64,000 nucleotides of DNA, from NCBI GenBank assembly GCA_046563655.1, contig CM102285.1, positions 10,602,001-10,666,000 on the forward strand, read 5' to 3'. The translations under genes and the position numbers were made by a program. The notes beneath the pieces were generated by a model. That model had not been told where the DNA came from, searched no databases, and was given only the letters and a program-made list of their open reading frames with translations. Within the stretch, counting starts at the first letter, position 1, and each line of letters begins with the position of its first letter. Source of the DNA: Yuukianura sp. NJ FZ-2021 (taxonomy: Eukaryota). Of this stretch, positions 50,901-63,845 are shown piece by piece.

Positions 50901-53900
50901 CACAAAAATGCTGTTAACATGAAAAAATCCTAAGAAATGTAGGACGAAAGCTTATGATTTGTATTTGACCAATTTAAATTAAATTTTGACGAAGATCATG
51001 GTGTGGAGTAGTACCCTATTCAATTTTGAGTTGAGCCCCTACCACAACTGAGGTCCACTTACAATCCTGTCCCTCAACACTAGAGACTTAAGCTTCTTTT
51101 CACTTGTGAAGTGAGTCCAACAGGTTGTCAAATTCAACAATAGAACCAGCGGTATCAACAAGTCACACAGTCGTGTTTAAGCTACCACGGGAAGCAAATA
51201 CCTCGTTTGAATTGGGCCCATTATGAAGCAAATAACGGTTTTTGGAGGTAAGCGTAGACTATTATTAGGCATAGAGAAAGTTTTTATTTCGGATCAATTT
51301 CAAGCCAAGGGAAAACAAAAACAACATTTTTGGAATAAATATTTGAGCGTTTTGGGTTCCCGTCAAAAAAATTGGTGTTTACTAACGCAGAAAAAGCACG
51401 TCCAAAATTTCAACAGTTGAGTCTGCGAATTTGGAATTTCTGTGCTGGAATATGTAACATATATGCTTGTAAACTGATAAGAGTTTCAAAAAAAATTTGC
51501 TCTTTCGTACAATTTTAACGCATAAATTTCACAGGAATTCGAAGGAAAACAAAAACATGTCATCACGGAAGCAATTTTCGGAATAGCTAACGGTGACTTT
51601 TGACTTTCTCCATTGATTGAATTATTTAGAGTTTCCTGTTCTAAAAATTGAACATCGAAAATGAAGTGAATTTTTTGAAGGTTTGCTTTTGATACTCTTT
51701 GTAAGAATTTTAAAAGTGAAAAGTTGGGGCTTTGAACTTTCAGAAATTTCAATTAAATTTTCGTTTCCGGATTTATTGACCCCCTCAATAAATCTTGGTT
51801 ACCTGACCACTTTTTTTCCTACAATTTACAGTGATTCTCATTCAAAACTGCACGTAAACTGTGTCTTTGATGTGCGTGAGCTTTAACTTTCACTTCAATT
51901 TTTTTAGTGTAAAGTCCACTTAAAATCTTAGTTTTGTTTAGAACGTGTAGCAAGTTATCATTCTTAATGATCTGATTCACTCCATTTTGATTTTGTTAGT
52001 AAAAGTGACATTTTGAATCCCAAAAACACGCAGAGTCAAATTGTAAGTGGAACGACCGATTGACACGAAGATGCGCTTTGCTAAATTCTAATAAACGCCT
52101 ACGTCAGAGGCTTGGAGAAGGAGTTGTAGTTTTGAATGCAAGCAGATCAGCATAGGTTGCAGTAAAAAAACGAAAAATAATCCAGTTTTGAGGCAATGCC
52201 AAGGTTTCGCGAAAATCCATCTTGAAAAATTCCTAACCCCCATGAAATTTTTGTTGGGAGTTGCCAAATATTTACACAAGCAGACATACACATAACGCTT
52301 GTTTTGAAATAGACAAAAAAATTTGTCTTTTCGTTACAAAATAAATTGGGTCTACCAAAAACTATTTTAATTGAATAATTGCTAATTAAGGTGAGTCAGA
52401 GGATAATTCTAGGTCAATTTTTGAAGAAAAAAATTGGTCTCATGGGAAATGTACACCGTTTCGCTTTCTCGAATTTCCTGTCCTACACTTTTCTAAAACA
52501 TAGCACAGCAACGCGGCGGTTATGTTTCAGAATTGTGTGCAAATCAATTTTCGACTCGTGAAAGTAATGGATATGACCTTTTGGTGACCTTCAATGATGA
52601 AACATGAGAATTCAATTTATGATTTTTGGAAAATGATGCCAATTTGGTAAAATGTTCAACTTCCCTTAGAAAACAAAGTATGAATTATTTCTAGAAGAAA
52701 ATTGAAAAGAAAGTTAAGAATTGAGATGCTTTTTAAAGGTTTCAATTTTCCCCTTTTAGTTTTTTTCTCAAATATTTTTTTTCTTCCAAGCTAAAATTTT
52801 CCACTTTCATCTCTTTTTCCAAGTAAACAATGTTGGCTTCTTTTTTTACTATAAATTATTCAATAGCAACATAATTACCACGTTTTTTTTACGAAGATGA
52901 AGCTTATAAAACCTAATGAACCTATAAAGGTAAACAAGAGATCACGACAAGTTAGTCAATTGGGGTAGGTTAGTCGTTAGTCCTGGATCCTGAGAGAAGA
53001 TTAGGCTTGTGCAAGTTTTTTTTGGGAATATTCTTTGAAATTTGTTTCGATTCGTTCAAAATCGCAGCTAGAATTCAAATTTAACAACAATGGGACAGGT
53101 CATCATGAGAGGTGGTAAGTGGCACAATAGGTGTCAAAGTCTATATAATCTTAAATACAGTAGTTTACTGTACAAATAGCATTTTATTTACAAAGCACTT
53201 CTGAATTTTGGCAAGTTCACCAAAGCTAAAAATTTGCTTACCAAGTCCAGAATTCATATTGTTTGCACATTGCTGATAAAAATAGGAGCGGATTTCCGTT
53301 CAAAGCAAAACACTTGCCGTATGTTATCTGCTGCTTGACTTAATAAATTTTCAAATTTTAACAGAACTAAAAAAAAGTGTGGAACTGGGAAATCTTCTGT
53401 TTACTTTTCCTATCCCGTACGCTTTTTCAAGTTCGTAAAGTTCAAATTCCTCAGACTGTATTGAGGTACATGTAGATTCAATGTCAAGTGATCAAATTGC
53501 GTCTTCAAAACACACCTAAAACCGGTTTGCCATCTTCATCATTTAGTGAAGCCAAAATCCTAAACCTAAACAATGAAATCAATGGGGGCGATTACTTCAA
53601 AAAGATTATTTTATTGTTGTTATTTCAATTTCTAAAAAAAAAATTCAAGAAAAGAATCTTTATTGCCCCAAAAATAGGACTAATTTGGAAAACCAAATTT
53701 TGTATTTTTTTAATTCTATTTGCTTCAGAAGTCAATTAGGCGTTGTTCACACGATTGCCACTGCTTGTTGCTATCTCTGTGGTTTTTGGTAATTTTTGCA
53801 CATAAGGAATTGCAAAAAAGAGTTTCATCGCGTGCGGAACGCTCCAAAGCGGGAAGGCGTAACCTAGGCAGACGCTTTTTTTAGAGCGCAAGAATAACTG

Positions 53901-54214
53901 TATCGTGTGTAAAGTGCTTCGCTTTGAGGATTTGGACTTATCCAAAAGTACAAGTTCGAAGTCTTGGCTGATACCAGTCAGTCGCAGAGTTTTGCATCAA
54001 TCACACATCACTTTTCCAATTTCTCCGAATTCCTTTAGCCGGTTCCAATTGTTGTAGTTCCCGGTTTTGAAAAGCGGGTAACTTTATACATTTTAAGACA
54101 ACACCCGTCTGTGTCTATTTCGTTCAATGTGTTTCTGTCTTGCTTTATTCTAACAACAAACTTTTATTGCTTGCGGTCCTAACTTTTCTAAAAAAAAATT
54201 TGGACTAAAATCTC

Positions 54215-57200
54215 ATGTCTGTTCTGGAACCGAATGTCAGAATTATTAATTTAGACGATTCTATTAGAAATGAACGAAGAAGAACATTACGACTAAACAA
54301 CAATTCAGACCCGTTAGCTTTAGGACATTCGTTCCAAGCAGTAGACAACAATGAAATATTTTGGAACAATGGAAACGACAAATCCAATTCAGTTCAAAAT
54401 CATCAATATGGCGGAACATTAAAACGAACTGACTTTTATACCAATATTAATAACCTACTAAACCAAAGCTACAAAGATTCAGTGTCCTTGTCTGTGCCTG
54501 AACCTAATCGTTCCCAATCCATATCCGTATCACCGCGTCTATTTGAACAGCGTAGCTTAACTCCTGGACAGGCGACGCTCAGATCAAAGTCTAATTTGTA
54601 CAAATCTCCTATAGACATATTCTCCATGGGGAAAATTCAAGAGTTCCGGGAGAAGGTGAATGGAGGTCGTGTGGCCATGCCGGAGAAGGACATTTGGAAA
54701 TGTCTTTTTGCAGAATTCCTGGGAACGTTCCTGCTCGTTTTGGTGGGTTGCGGTAGTGCTACTGGATTTTCGGAAGTAAAAGATGAAGGAGGTAAAGAAT
54801 TATTCCCGAGCATTAAGCCGTCACTAGTTGCTGTTTCTTTTTGCTTCGCCCTCATGGTCTCTACTTTGGCAGCGGTAAGTACTTACAAGCATTTCAATTT
54901 TGGCACATGCAGTGAACTCAAAAAAAATTGGCAACCATAATTATTGTTATTGTCAAGTGCGAAAAGTCACGAAACATTGATTTTCTATCAATTTTTGTTG
55001 AACAAGGTGTTAACGAGGATGGTAGTTGCAATTAACACATGCTCCAATTTGCTAACTTTGCTCAACATTAGTTGAAGTGGTGAACACAACATCCATGATT
55101 TGGTGTGACACTGCTCCGCAATTAGTGTCTAGAAAAGCGCAAAATTAAAACATCTCGTCTCATTCAGTTTGATAAAACGAAGGAAACTGCAGCGATTGTC
55201 TTTGATCCATTTCATGCAGGTTCATCTCAGCGATAGCAAATTGACTCGCTTTAAGTAAGCCAAGGTCAAAGTGCAACGTTCAAAATACGAGTGGCACATT
55301 TTTTAAAAGTATAAAATGTAGAACATGGATAGGAACATGCAAAAATATGATATGAATGTCGTGATGTACAAGTTGTGATGTCGATATACCGAATTTGAAC
55401 GACAACGCCTTCACCGTTTACATCAATAGAATCGCATGCCTCTTCGACCTTGGAAATTTAAAACAAGACTTTGCACCTAATATTTTTCTAAACTGATGAG
55501 ACCAAGGACCTTTTGTTGATTTTGTTTTTAAAATTCATACAAAAACTCACCATTTTCGATTTTTTAGATGTAAGACAGATTTTAAAACAAGAGCTTCCAG
55601 TTTGATGTTAACATTGTTAAAGTACATGAAAGTACAAGTTTCTCCATTTGACTTTCAAATTTTGGAAAAATTTCCACCCATTTGAACTCAGAATTTTTGA
55701 CATAACATTGACTTAACTTGATTCATGATTTGGATCTTGCTTGAGCTGGCTTTAAATAAGTTACAGTATTAATTAGCGTGGGCGTTGTCTTTGCATTGAG
55801 AGGATTGAGCAACTACTGACTATGCAATTAAAAGTTAACATCTCCCCATGTAACCTTTTCAATAAAACGACAATTCAAACACAAACAATAATACAAATTG
55901 CATTGTTTAAATGGTTTCAGTTACTAATTTCTTCTTATTTTGAAGTAAAAAACCTTGCAATTTTATAGCCCCTGCTGCTCGTGTTTTTGTCAAGCTGATT
56001 TATTGTATTGAACTTAAAAGAATCGTTTTTTGCAACCTAACTTCCTTTGCTATTTAGCAAAAACTCCCTCAATTTAATTTGTGCAAACTCATTGAAGCTT
56101 AATGACCCAAAATTTATGTTTTAACAAATTTTGCTCTTCATTTGGGTGCTATTTTTTTTGCAAGTCTCTGTTCGATTACGCTTTTTCATTCTTAATTTTG
56201 AAAAATGGAAAGTTGAATGATCTTCCCCGTAGGTAATTAAGGGATTCAAGGTTGGGTGTTTGTTACATTGCCTCAAACGGAGATACTATTTAAATGCACT
56301 TCACACGTCGTTTTTAAGTACGAGTATCACTTACTATGTCTGTTATTAAACTCCTTGATCTCTGCAAAAATAGAAGTTGAAACTGAGAATACTAACACCT
56401 CAAGTAACAATCATCTCTGATCCTCTGAAGGCTTCGATTGTTGTGTGATACTAGCAAACACACCCATACAAATGGAAAAAGCATGCCCAGTAACAATGAA
56501 GCCTAATCGTTGCAAAAATTTATTCGCATTCGCGAATTCCAAGCGTTTTCCTATGAATACTTGAGCAGTTGAATTTTTTAATTTCTACAAGGAACTTGCT
56601 CTCTGTCCACATGTCATTCTCATGATCATGACGGAAGAAATCCAATCCTCTTAATTCTCCAGCAGCAGTAAGATTATCTAAAACTTGTCGGTTAACTGCG
56701 CACGTAAATCTGCTAATAAAATTAATTTACAATGTGCTTCTGAATCTAAGTTTGTTTCAGAAGTTATGACATTGAAGTCCAAATCGGAAAAACAATAGGG
56801 TATTGCATAAGGTGAAAGGTGTGAAAATTAAATCACTGTTCAATGCAGATCAATTGCCTGCCAAAATGATAACCCCCTCCCTGCCCTGCCCTTGAATTCA
56901 TTTAACAATAATTGTCAATCCTAATGTGCAATTTGGGAATTTGGAAATGAATCCTTGAAATGCTTACTCTCGTTTCTCTGACCTAAACGTTCCATAGGAG
57001 TGACGCTGCAAAATTTGAAATTCCATGTTTCGACAAGTTTGAAATTTCGCGAAGATGGAAGCATTTATTCCAATGAAATTCGTACTTTGTTGATTTTTGT
57101 CTATATTTTTTATTTTTCAGACCATTGGACATATTTCTGCACACCTAAATCCCGCTGTGACGATAGCATTTTTTGTTACTGGAAAAATCCAATTGGTGAA

Positions 57201-57947
57201 AGCTGTACTCTACGTCATCTTTCAGTGTGTAGCAGCCATAGTCGCCATCGCATTTCTCCAGGTGTGAAAAGTTATGAAGATTTTGACACCTCATTAATTT
57301 CTGTGCTTAATTGACTTTACATAATTTTTTGATTGAATGTTTTAGGTCCTGTGCCCAGATCCACATCCAAAGTTCCAGTATGGATATGTGGAATTGGCAA
57401 ATAAATTTACTCCAGTCCAGGGCGTTGGAATTGAATTCTTCATTACATTTGTTCTGGTCTTCGTCATCTGCGCATTCTGTGATGAAAATCGAAACGATAA
57501 CATTGGAGCTGGGCCCTTGGCAATTGGATTTGCTCTGGCCGCAGTCATTTTCTTCGGAGTAAGTTCAAAGTACAAAGGTCACAGAATTACATGATCGAAA
57601 TCAGAAGTTGAAATTTCGTTTTGTTTCAGGGTCCGTTGACAGGAGCTGGCATAAATCCGGCACGCGTCCTTGGGTAAACTAAATTTAGCGAATTTCTGCT
57701 TCAAAAAAGCTTGATTGTGTAAAATGATTTTTGAAAATTGTTCAGACCATGCGTTATCCTCGGAAAGTACACCAATCACTGGATCTACTGGGTTGGTCCA
57801 ATTGGTGGAGCCATTGCTGCTGCTGTTACATATCACTTTATCTTCCGCGTCAAAGATCACGAAGAAACTAAGGCATCGGACGTCGATCGTAGAGATAGAA
57901 CCGACGCGCTACAAAGAAAAGACAATGGCGTGGCTCCAGAAGTCTAA
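54215..57947 (+). CDS. Aquaporin 3 of array, divergent pore (ar/R F-I-A-R), up to ~419 aa
   Basis: Exons 54215-54874, 57121-57261, 57346-57558, 57630-57673, 57746-57947 (1260 nt). AEFLGT, GHISAHLNPAVT, GFALAAVIFFGGPLTGAGINPARVLGP, HWIYWVGP. Confidence 0.93.
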
Positions 57948-58559
57948 AAAACGAACCAAAAAAAGCTAAAACATGAATGAACTAAGGATGCTTCAAGCAC
58001 TGCGCCTTGGTTCTCGTATTTATTTTTCTAAACCCAGACTACACTTGTATTAGCACTTGAGAACTAGCGAGGGTAACTAATGGTTAAACTCTGTGGTAAT
58101 TTTTAATACAAGATCCATGCTATTTTTGACACGCGGAGAATAACAAAAGTACGGAGGTTGGTTTAACCTGCTAACCATTAAGCTACATACATGACCTACA
58201 ATTAATTGTACTTTTAGCCTTAACGTTAGTACTACTAAACTTATAATTGCGCTGTTGATGTAGTAGTAAGCCAGAAAATGGCTATAGAAATAATTTTGGT
58301 TAGTAAAAGAGGTTAGTAAAACGGTAAATATTCAAAAGGATTTTTTTTTCAAAAACTTGTAAAAAAAAGATGTTTTTATCAGAATCCGAAAAATTCTAGT
58401 AATTCTATTTACCTTGGTTTATTCCCATGATAACTACTTCGCTGTGTATGAATTCTGTTATCAAATAGCTTGGAGTAGAGGCTGATGTGTGAGAAAAAAA
58501 TTATAAATTGTAAAACGTTAAATTTTTGAAGTTTAGTGAGAAATTTTGATATTGCTGTT

Positions 58560-60633
58560 ATGGACAAAAAGAGAATTGCTTCGGACAAATTGGTTGACAA
58601 GACTTTTGGCAAGTCAAATGGAAAAGGAAACATTACTGAAGCTTGGCAGAGGATTCTGCAGGAACAAGATCATGATTTCCATGAACTGTACGAATTTTAA
58701 TGTTCAAAAAACTTGAATCACTTGGAGAAAACTGCTTCCAAGTAGAAAACTTACATAGAAATTTATTTTTCCTCAAAAATTTCAGAAATGAGTTACTGAA
58801 AAATGCTGAAGTTTTTAAATCCCAAGAACAGTTAAAATCCCGCAGTGACGCTGAAAACGACTTGGATGAATTCTACTTATCTGACTCAAAGGAGTTCGTA
58901 ATCTTTTCCAAAACAATTTGCCTAATCGTCAAAAATTAGAAAAACAAAATTACTAAACATTTAAGTCTTCATCTTGCCATTTTAGCGACTTTCAGCTTTC
59001 AAGGGTACAAAGTTTGTCCTCAGGATCTATTCAACCCGGTCCAATCACACTAAACTCAGGTTAGAACAAACAACAATACTATTCCAAGCTTCTAGTAAAA
59101 AACACTTTTGTCAAAAACATATTTTCATATGTTGAAAACCCAAAATTTTTAACTGTATGTTTTTTATTTATGAAATCATTTTAGAATTAAAAGGAGATTC
59201 TTTTGATTCGTGAGTTTAAACTTACAAACATCAAAAACACTTCGAAAGAATTTGAAAATCTTTTATTGGCTTATTGTTAATTTATTATATTTTTATTGCC
59301 TTTACACATTTTTGTTTCATGTTTACTAATTGATTAACTTTTCTATAATCCCAGAGACCTAGGAGGGAAGACTCGTCGTGTTCTGCCACAATTCATATGT
59401 CTATCAACCTGTTGCACACCAGCAAAACACAAGGAACGTCTACGACTTCAATTGGCTCAAAAGGAAATACGACACTGCGATGCAAAAATTTCCCAGTACT
59501 TTCACCAGTTCAAATCACAATTCACCTCTCTGGAAACTCTACTCAAATTTCAAAATCTTACACCTTCTCGAAACTTACCAAATATCATCAACCTCGTCGC
59601 TGCTCAAGTTTGGTTCGTGACCTTTGCCCTTGCTCGAGAAATGACCCATTCCAGTCAACTGGATCGTCAGTCCACTGTTTTCTTTCGGAAAAAGTATCAA
59701 GTTTTACTGTCTTACGCACGACGTCTATCAGTTGATGTTGGTTTAATTGAAACAGTAGTGACGCGTATTGAAGAAAAAGCTACAAAACTAATTCGAATAA
59801 TGAAAGAAGCTCTAACTGGAAAATCTACAACGGATTTGGTCAATTCTGAAAATACAGCGAACGACGATCTGTTTGTAAATACATCGTCAATGACCGAATT
59901 GTGTCAGAGTTGGGCTCCACATCATGTCAACCAATTCGATCCGAAGCATGAACCACATTCGTTTCCCACTCTGTCATCCCTATTGCAAAGACTGGACCGA
60001 CCGGACAGTTTGGGTGATCGAAAACAACTTGAAATATTTGTGCGAAATATTACAAAGTCTGGATGGACAAATTATGAGCAAAGTTTTACACCAGACAATA
60101 GGATGAAGTTTCTTCAAACGCTTCTTTCTGAAACGCTCAGTGTAATTGCCAATACGACAGGACTCTGTGAAAAAATTAGAAAACGGTTGATACGATCTAG
60201 TTGGAGCAAAAGTCATGCCCGTGCCACTTGTACTCATACACTTTTACCCTGGTTTCGTGACACTCGAACCTGTGTCAACTTTTGCGTCAAGTCGCCCGTT
60301 TTTGGACCTACTGAACACGAATTTCTGCGATTCTACATTCTTTCGGCTGAAGTTAGACTCAAAGGGCTTTGCTACAGGACGAGAAGCATGATAACGAATC
60401 TTCTAGATGTTGCTGAAGTTTCGACTCAATCTTGTGACCTGCTTGAAAAAGGATTTGAACTGATGATTCCGAATTACAGCGAAATTCGTTCCATGATCAA
60501 ACTTAGTAACTCCAAAGAGAAAGCGATGGTTACAAAAGACTGCGCAATGGCTGAATTCTATTTGAATGGTTACGGCAACGTTCTAAAACAAGTTCCAATT
60601 GCCTTTCGAGTTTCTCGGTTCATCTTGTCGTAA
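58560..60633 (+). CDS. Uncharacterised multi-exon protein (at least ~537 aa); both ends uncertain
   Basis: Phase-compatible GT-AG exons 58560-58687, 58786-58893, 58986-59059, 59185-59209 and 59355-60633 give one open frame containing the 393-aa ORF. A GTAAGT donor at 60630 and an in-frame acceptor at 60725 suggest the gene may continue. Confidence 0.7.
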
Positions 60634-63600
60634 GTTTTTTGAAAACTAACTCAACACTAACCTTTCAGCTCCACTTTCACTCAAAAATTTGAGTCTAAAC
60701 TTTCACTTTTCTTTAAAATTTTCAGAAATAAGGTTCTGCTTCAAGAGCGTCATTCGGGCGTTGATTTTGGCATTCGATTCTTTGGAAAATCGCAACCATA
60801 TTTGTCGGATCATGTGAAAATTTAAAACGAAAATTATAAGTTTTAAAAGTTTGCGGAAGCTCATGTACATTTTGAATAAACTTTTCCAAATTTTTATTTT
60901 TGGAAATCACCAAAGATAATTCATATCCACGCATTGAGGTCATAAGTTCAAAGGTTAACACAAATTTGCCTTTTTGAGGAAACATTGGAAGGCGTTGCTC
61001 TGCAAATCAACTGCTTAGGAATCAGTCAAACGGAAATAATAGGATTGACGGAAGAAGTTGAATAATTCAGCATTGTTTGGCTGGATTAAACTAGTGAGCA
61101 TACTGCTACCTCCAACAGTCCAATCTTCCTTTAAATTAATTTCTAATCACAACTACAGAAGAAATACTGACGAGGGAGACGCTACAGTCAATAGGCTCAA
61201 CCGCAATTTAGTTTTTAAAAAGCCGTTGACAGCAGCGTGTGGTTCCTTGATCTCTCTCCTCATTTCAAAATTCAGAAGCTTAATTAATTCCTAAGTGATT
61301 GGTTGAGTGAGTCTTCACGCCTCTCCTGTTTCATTTCAATTTCAAAAAGTTCTCATCAGATACATCACTTGTTTGTACGTAAGTCTAGTGAAATTTCTAT
61401 ACACTTGACAAAATTTCGAGAATTCAAAAAAGTTCATCATTTTGAAAAAAAAAAAGACATCTATCTATCTTGTGGATGAGCAATTCCTGGGTATTTGTTT
61501 AAGGTTTGTTTGAAAGATCTGTAGATCTGTTTTGAAAAACCATTTTGCAAAATCTTCTTGAATTTCACATTTTTGTGAGATTTTCGCGTGTGCGTGTAAA
61601 ATTTGTCCGTTGTGCGTAGTTCGTAAATTTTGTTCTTTGTGACAAGGCTTTGAATAGAAAGTCATTCAATAGTAAGTGGACGTGGAGTAATTAATCACAT
61701 CAATTCAGTTGTTGTTCTTTTGCGGTTTAACGTTCGTTCACACCAACGGAAATCATAGTGGTTAGGATGTCCAGAGATGATAAATTTTGACTTAAGGGAC
61801 GAATGAGATTCAGACCTTCTGGAAAAGACGCTGGAGATTTTTTAGAATGTAAATATTTTTACCACAAGACACTGCGCGTCAGACTTTGAGCAATTAAAAC
61901 TGGAGGGAAACGCTGTTATGCTTCAACTAAAAACGCTTCAGCGGTATATTTTTCACGTCTTTGTATTTCCATCTTGTTTTTTATACACAGAACCAATTTT
62001 ATTCGTTTAACACAACAAATTTGTTTAAATGAAATCAAAGTCAATTGGAAATTGAATTTGATAGCCTCCCAAAACAGTTGAAGTTTGTAAACCGTCCGGA
62101 GTTCACTGACTGATCTTCTAATACAAACAGGAAAAGGGGTTTTGGGAAGTAAGTTTTAAGAAATTTTGAGTTGTGACATAGCATTAATCTTCATAAATTT
62201 AATTAGATCACGCACGAGAACAGAAACTGTGTTTTTCCCGACAAACGCCAAAAGATTTTCACTTTCTCAAAGTCAAAATTTTGAAAAACAAAGCCTGAGA
62301 AAGTAACTTTTAGAAAATTTGTAGATTCTTATTGTTTCTGGGAACAAAATTACAGTACCTTCTGCAAGTGGAAATTAACCAAGTTATGTAATTGTCGCAC
62401 TTAAAATTAACTTTAACTTTAAGGTTCAGTCATTATGAGTCAACGCTCTCGGACTTATTAGTCCAGTTTTTGCAAGCACTCAAACACTGACAGCATGAGT
62501 TGCAACTTTGTTGGTTGATTTCAAATTGCCGTTGCGTGGCTGTCTATCATATTTTGCAAAAGCAGAACACTGTAGGTGATGCTAATAAGGCTCCAAAGTC
62601 TTGATGGGCGAGAAGATTAGTTTTTGCAATTTTATGAGTATGCTTGAATTGGATGAACTTTCAAGTATACGAACTTCTTTGAACTTGCGAGGCCTTATAC
62701 TGGTTCATTAGAAGCCTCACGCATACATTGTTTTTCTTACATATTGCAATCCCTGCAGCATTTCTTGCACTCCCTGCATTGTTGAAACCAAAGTTCAGAT
62801 GCGAATTTTGATTCAGTAAGTGCTTCGTGATCACCCATTGAAGTAGCAGCCACTTCACTTTTTCCAAAGTGCTTTTGAAGCACACATACGATTTAGGCAA
62901 GTTTCATTTTGTTTGAATAGTCTTGTAGCTTGTTCTAATTTTAAAAAGTTGAGATGATCCTTAATTTGGCATGATTTAGGCAGTTATGACTCCGTATCCT
63001 GTTCTCCCCTAACCTTAACATTAATCTTCCTTTTAGTTGCCTAGCTAAGGATATGTTCAATCAAGCAAACAGCAAGGGCGTTCAAAATCTATTTAATACT
63101 AACAGTATAATACTAAAAATGTCAAGTTGGCAGTATGTTCCACTTTTAGAAAATTGTGTAAATGTTGGAATTGTGTGAATTTGATCTGGGCTTGATCATC
63201 GTCATCCCAAGCAAAGCTCTCGGTAGTGATGCGAACATGAAGTGATATGGTGAAAAAGCGACATTTTCTGGAGTTTTGAGTCCAGTAGAGCTGAAATCTA
63301 CAATTCAGATTTGGCAAAGCTTTAGTTGTGTTCTGGAACTGGGACAGGGTAGCAGATTTTACAAATCTTGCGAAATTTTTTGTTGGTTTAGTTGAAATAT
63401 TTTGTTTTTGGGTTGGAATTGGTGTACTTGACTTTATCCACTTGACAAGGTATGCATTTTAATCTTAACAGCTTTTGCTACCGGATCACCGTCATTGTTA
63501 CTTAAAGTGCTAATTCAATAGCCTTAATATCTTAAGAGCTTTAAAGGAAGTAATCCTCAAGGTGCTAATTATAAGAAAAACATATTAGCGGAGGTATTCG

Positions 63601-63638
63601 AAATTTGTTTTTCGCTAATTTCTTTTTGGCCCTTTCAG

Positions 63639-63845
63639 ATGGGCTTTGATTTTCGCGAAATGTCGGGTCTAACGGAGATTATGAAAGACCGAAATGTGTG
63701 GAAAGCACTATTGGCAGAATTTATTGGAACGCTGATTCTGGTGTTCGTTGGATGTGGAAGTTGTACTGCTTGGGGCCCAGACATCAAGCCCTCGATTGTT
63801 GAAATCGCTTTGGCATTTGGTCTCACAGTTGCAACAATGGCTCAG
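63639..63845 (+). CDS. Aquaporin 4 of array, first coding exon only (continues beyond the window)
   Basis: TTTCAG|ATG; VWKALLAEFIGTLILVFVGCGS...IALAFGLTVATMAQ|GTAATC; same phase-0 intron after TM2 as the other three paralogues. Confidence 0.9.

Noticed and set aside
62661..63317. Minus-strand ORFs, including a Cys-rich stretch, upstream of aquaporin 4
   Set aside because: Could not be joined into a consistent spliced model and show no recognisable domain.
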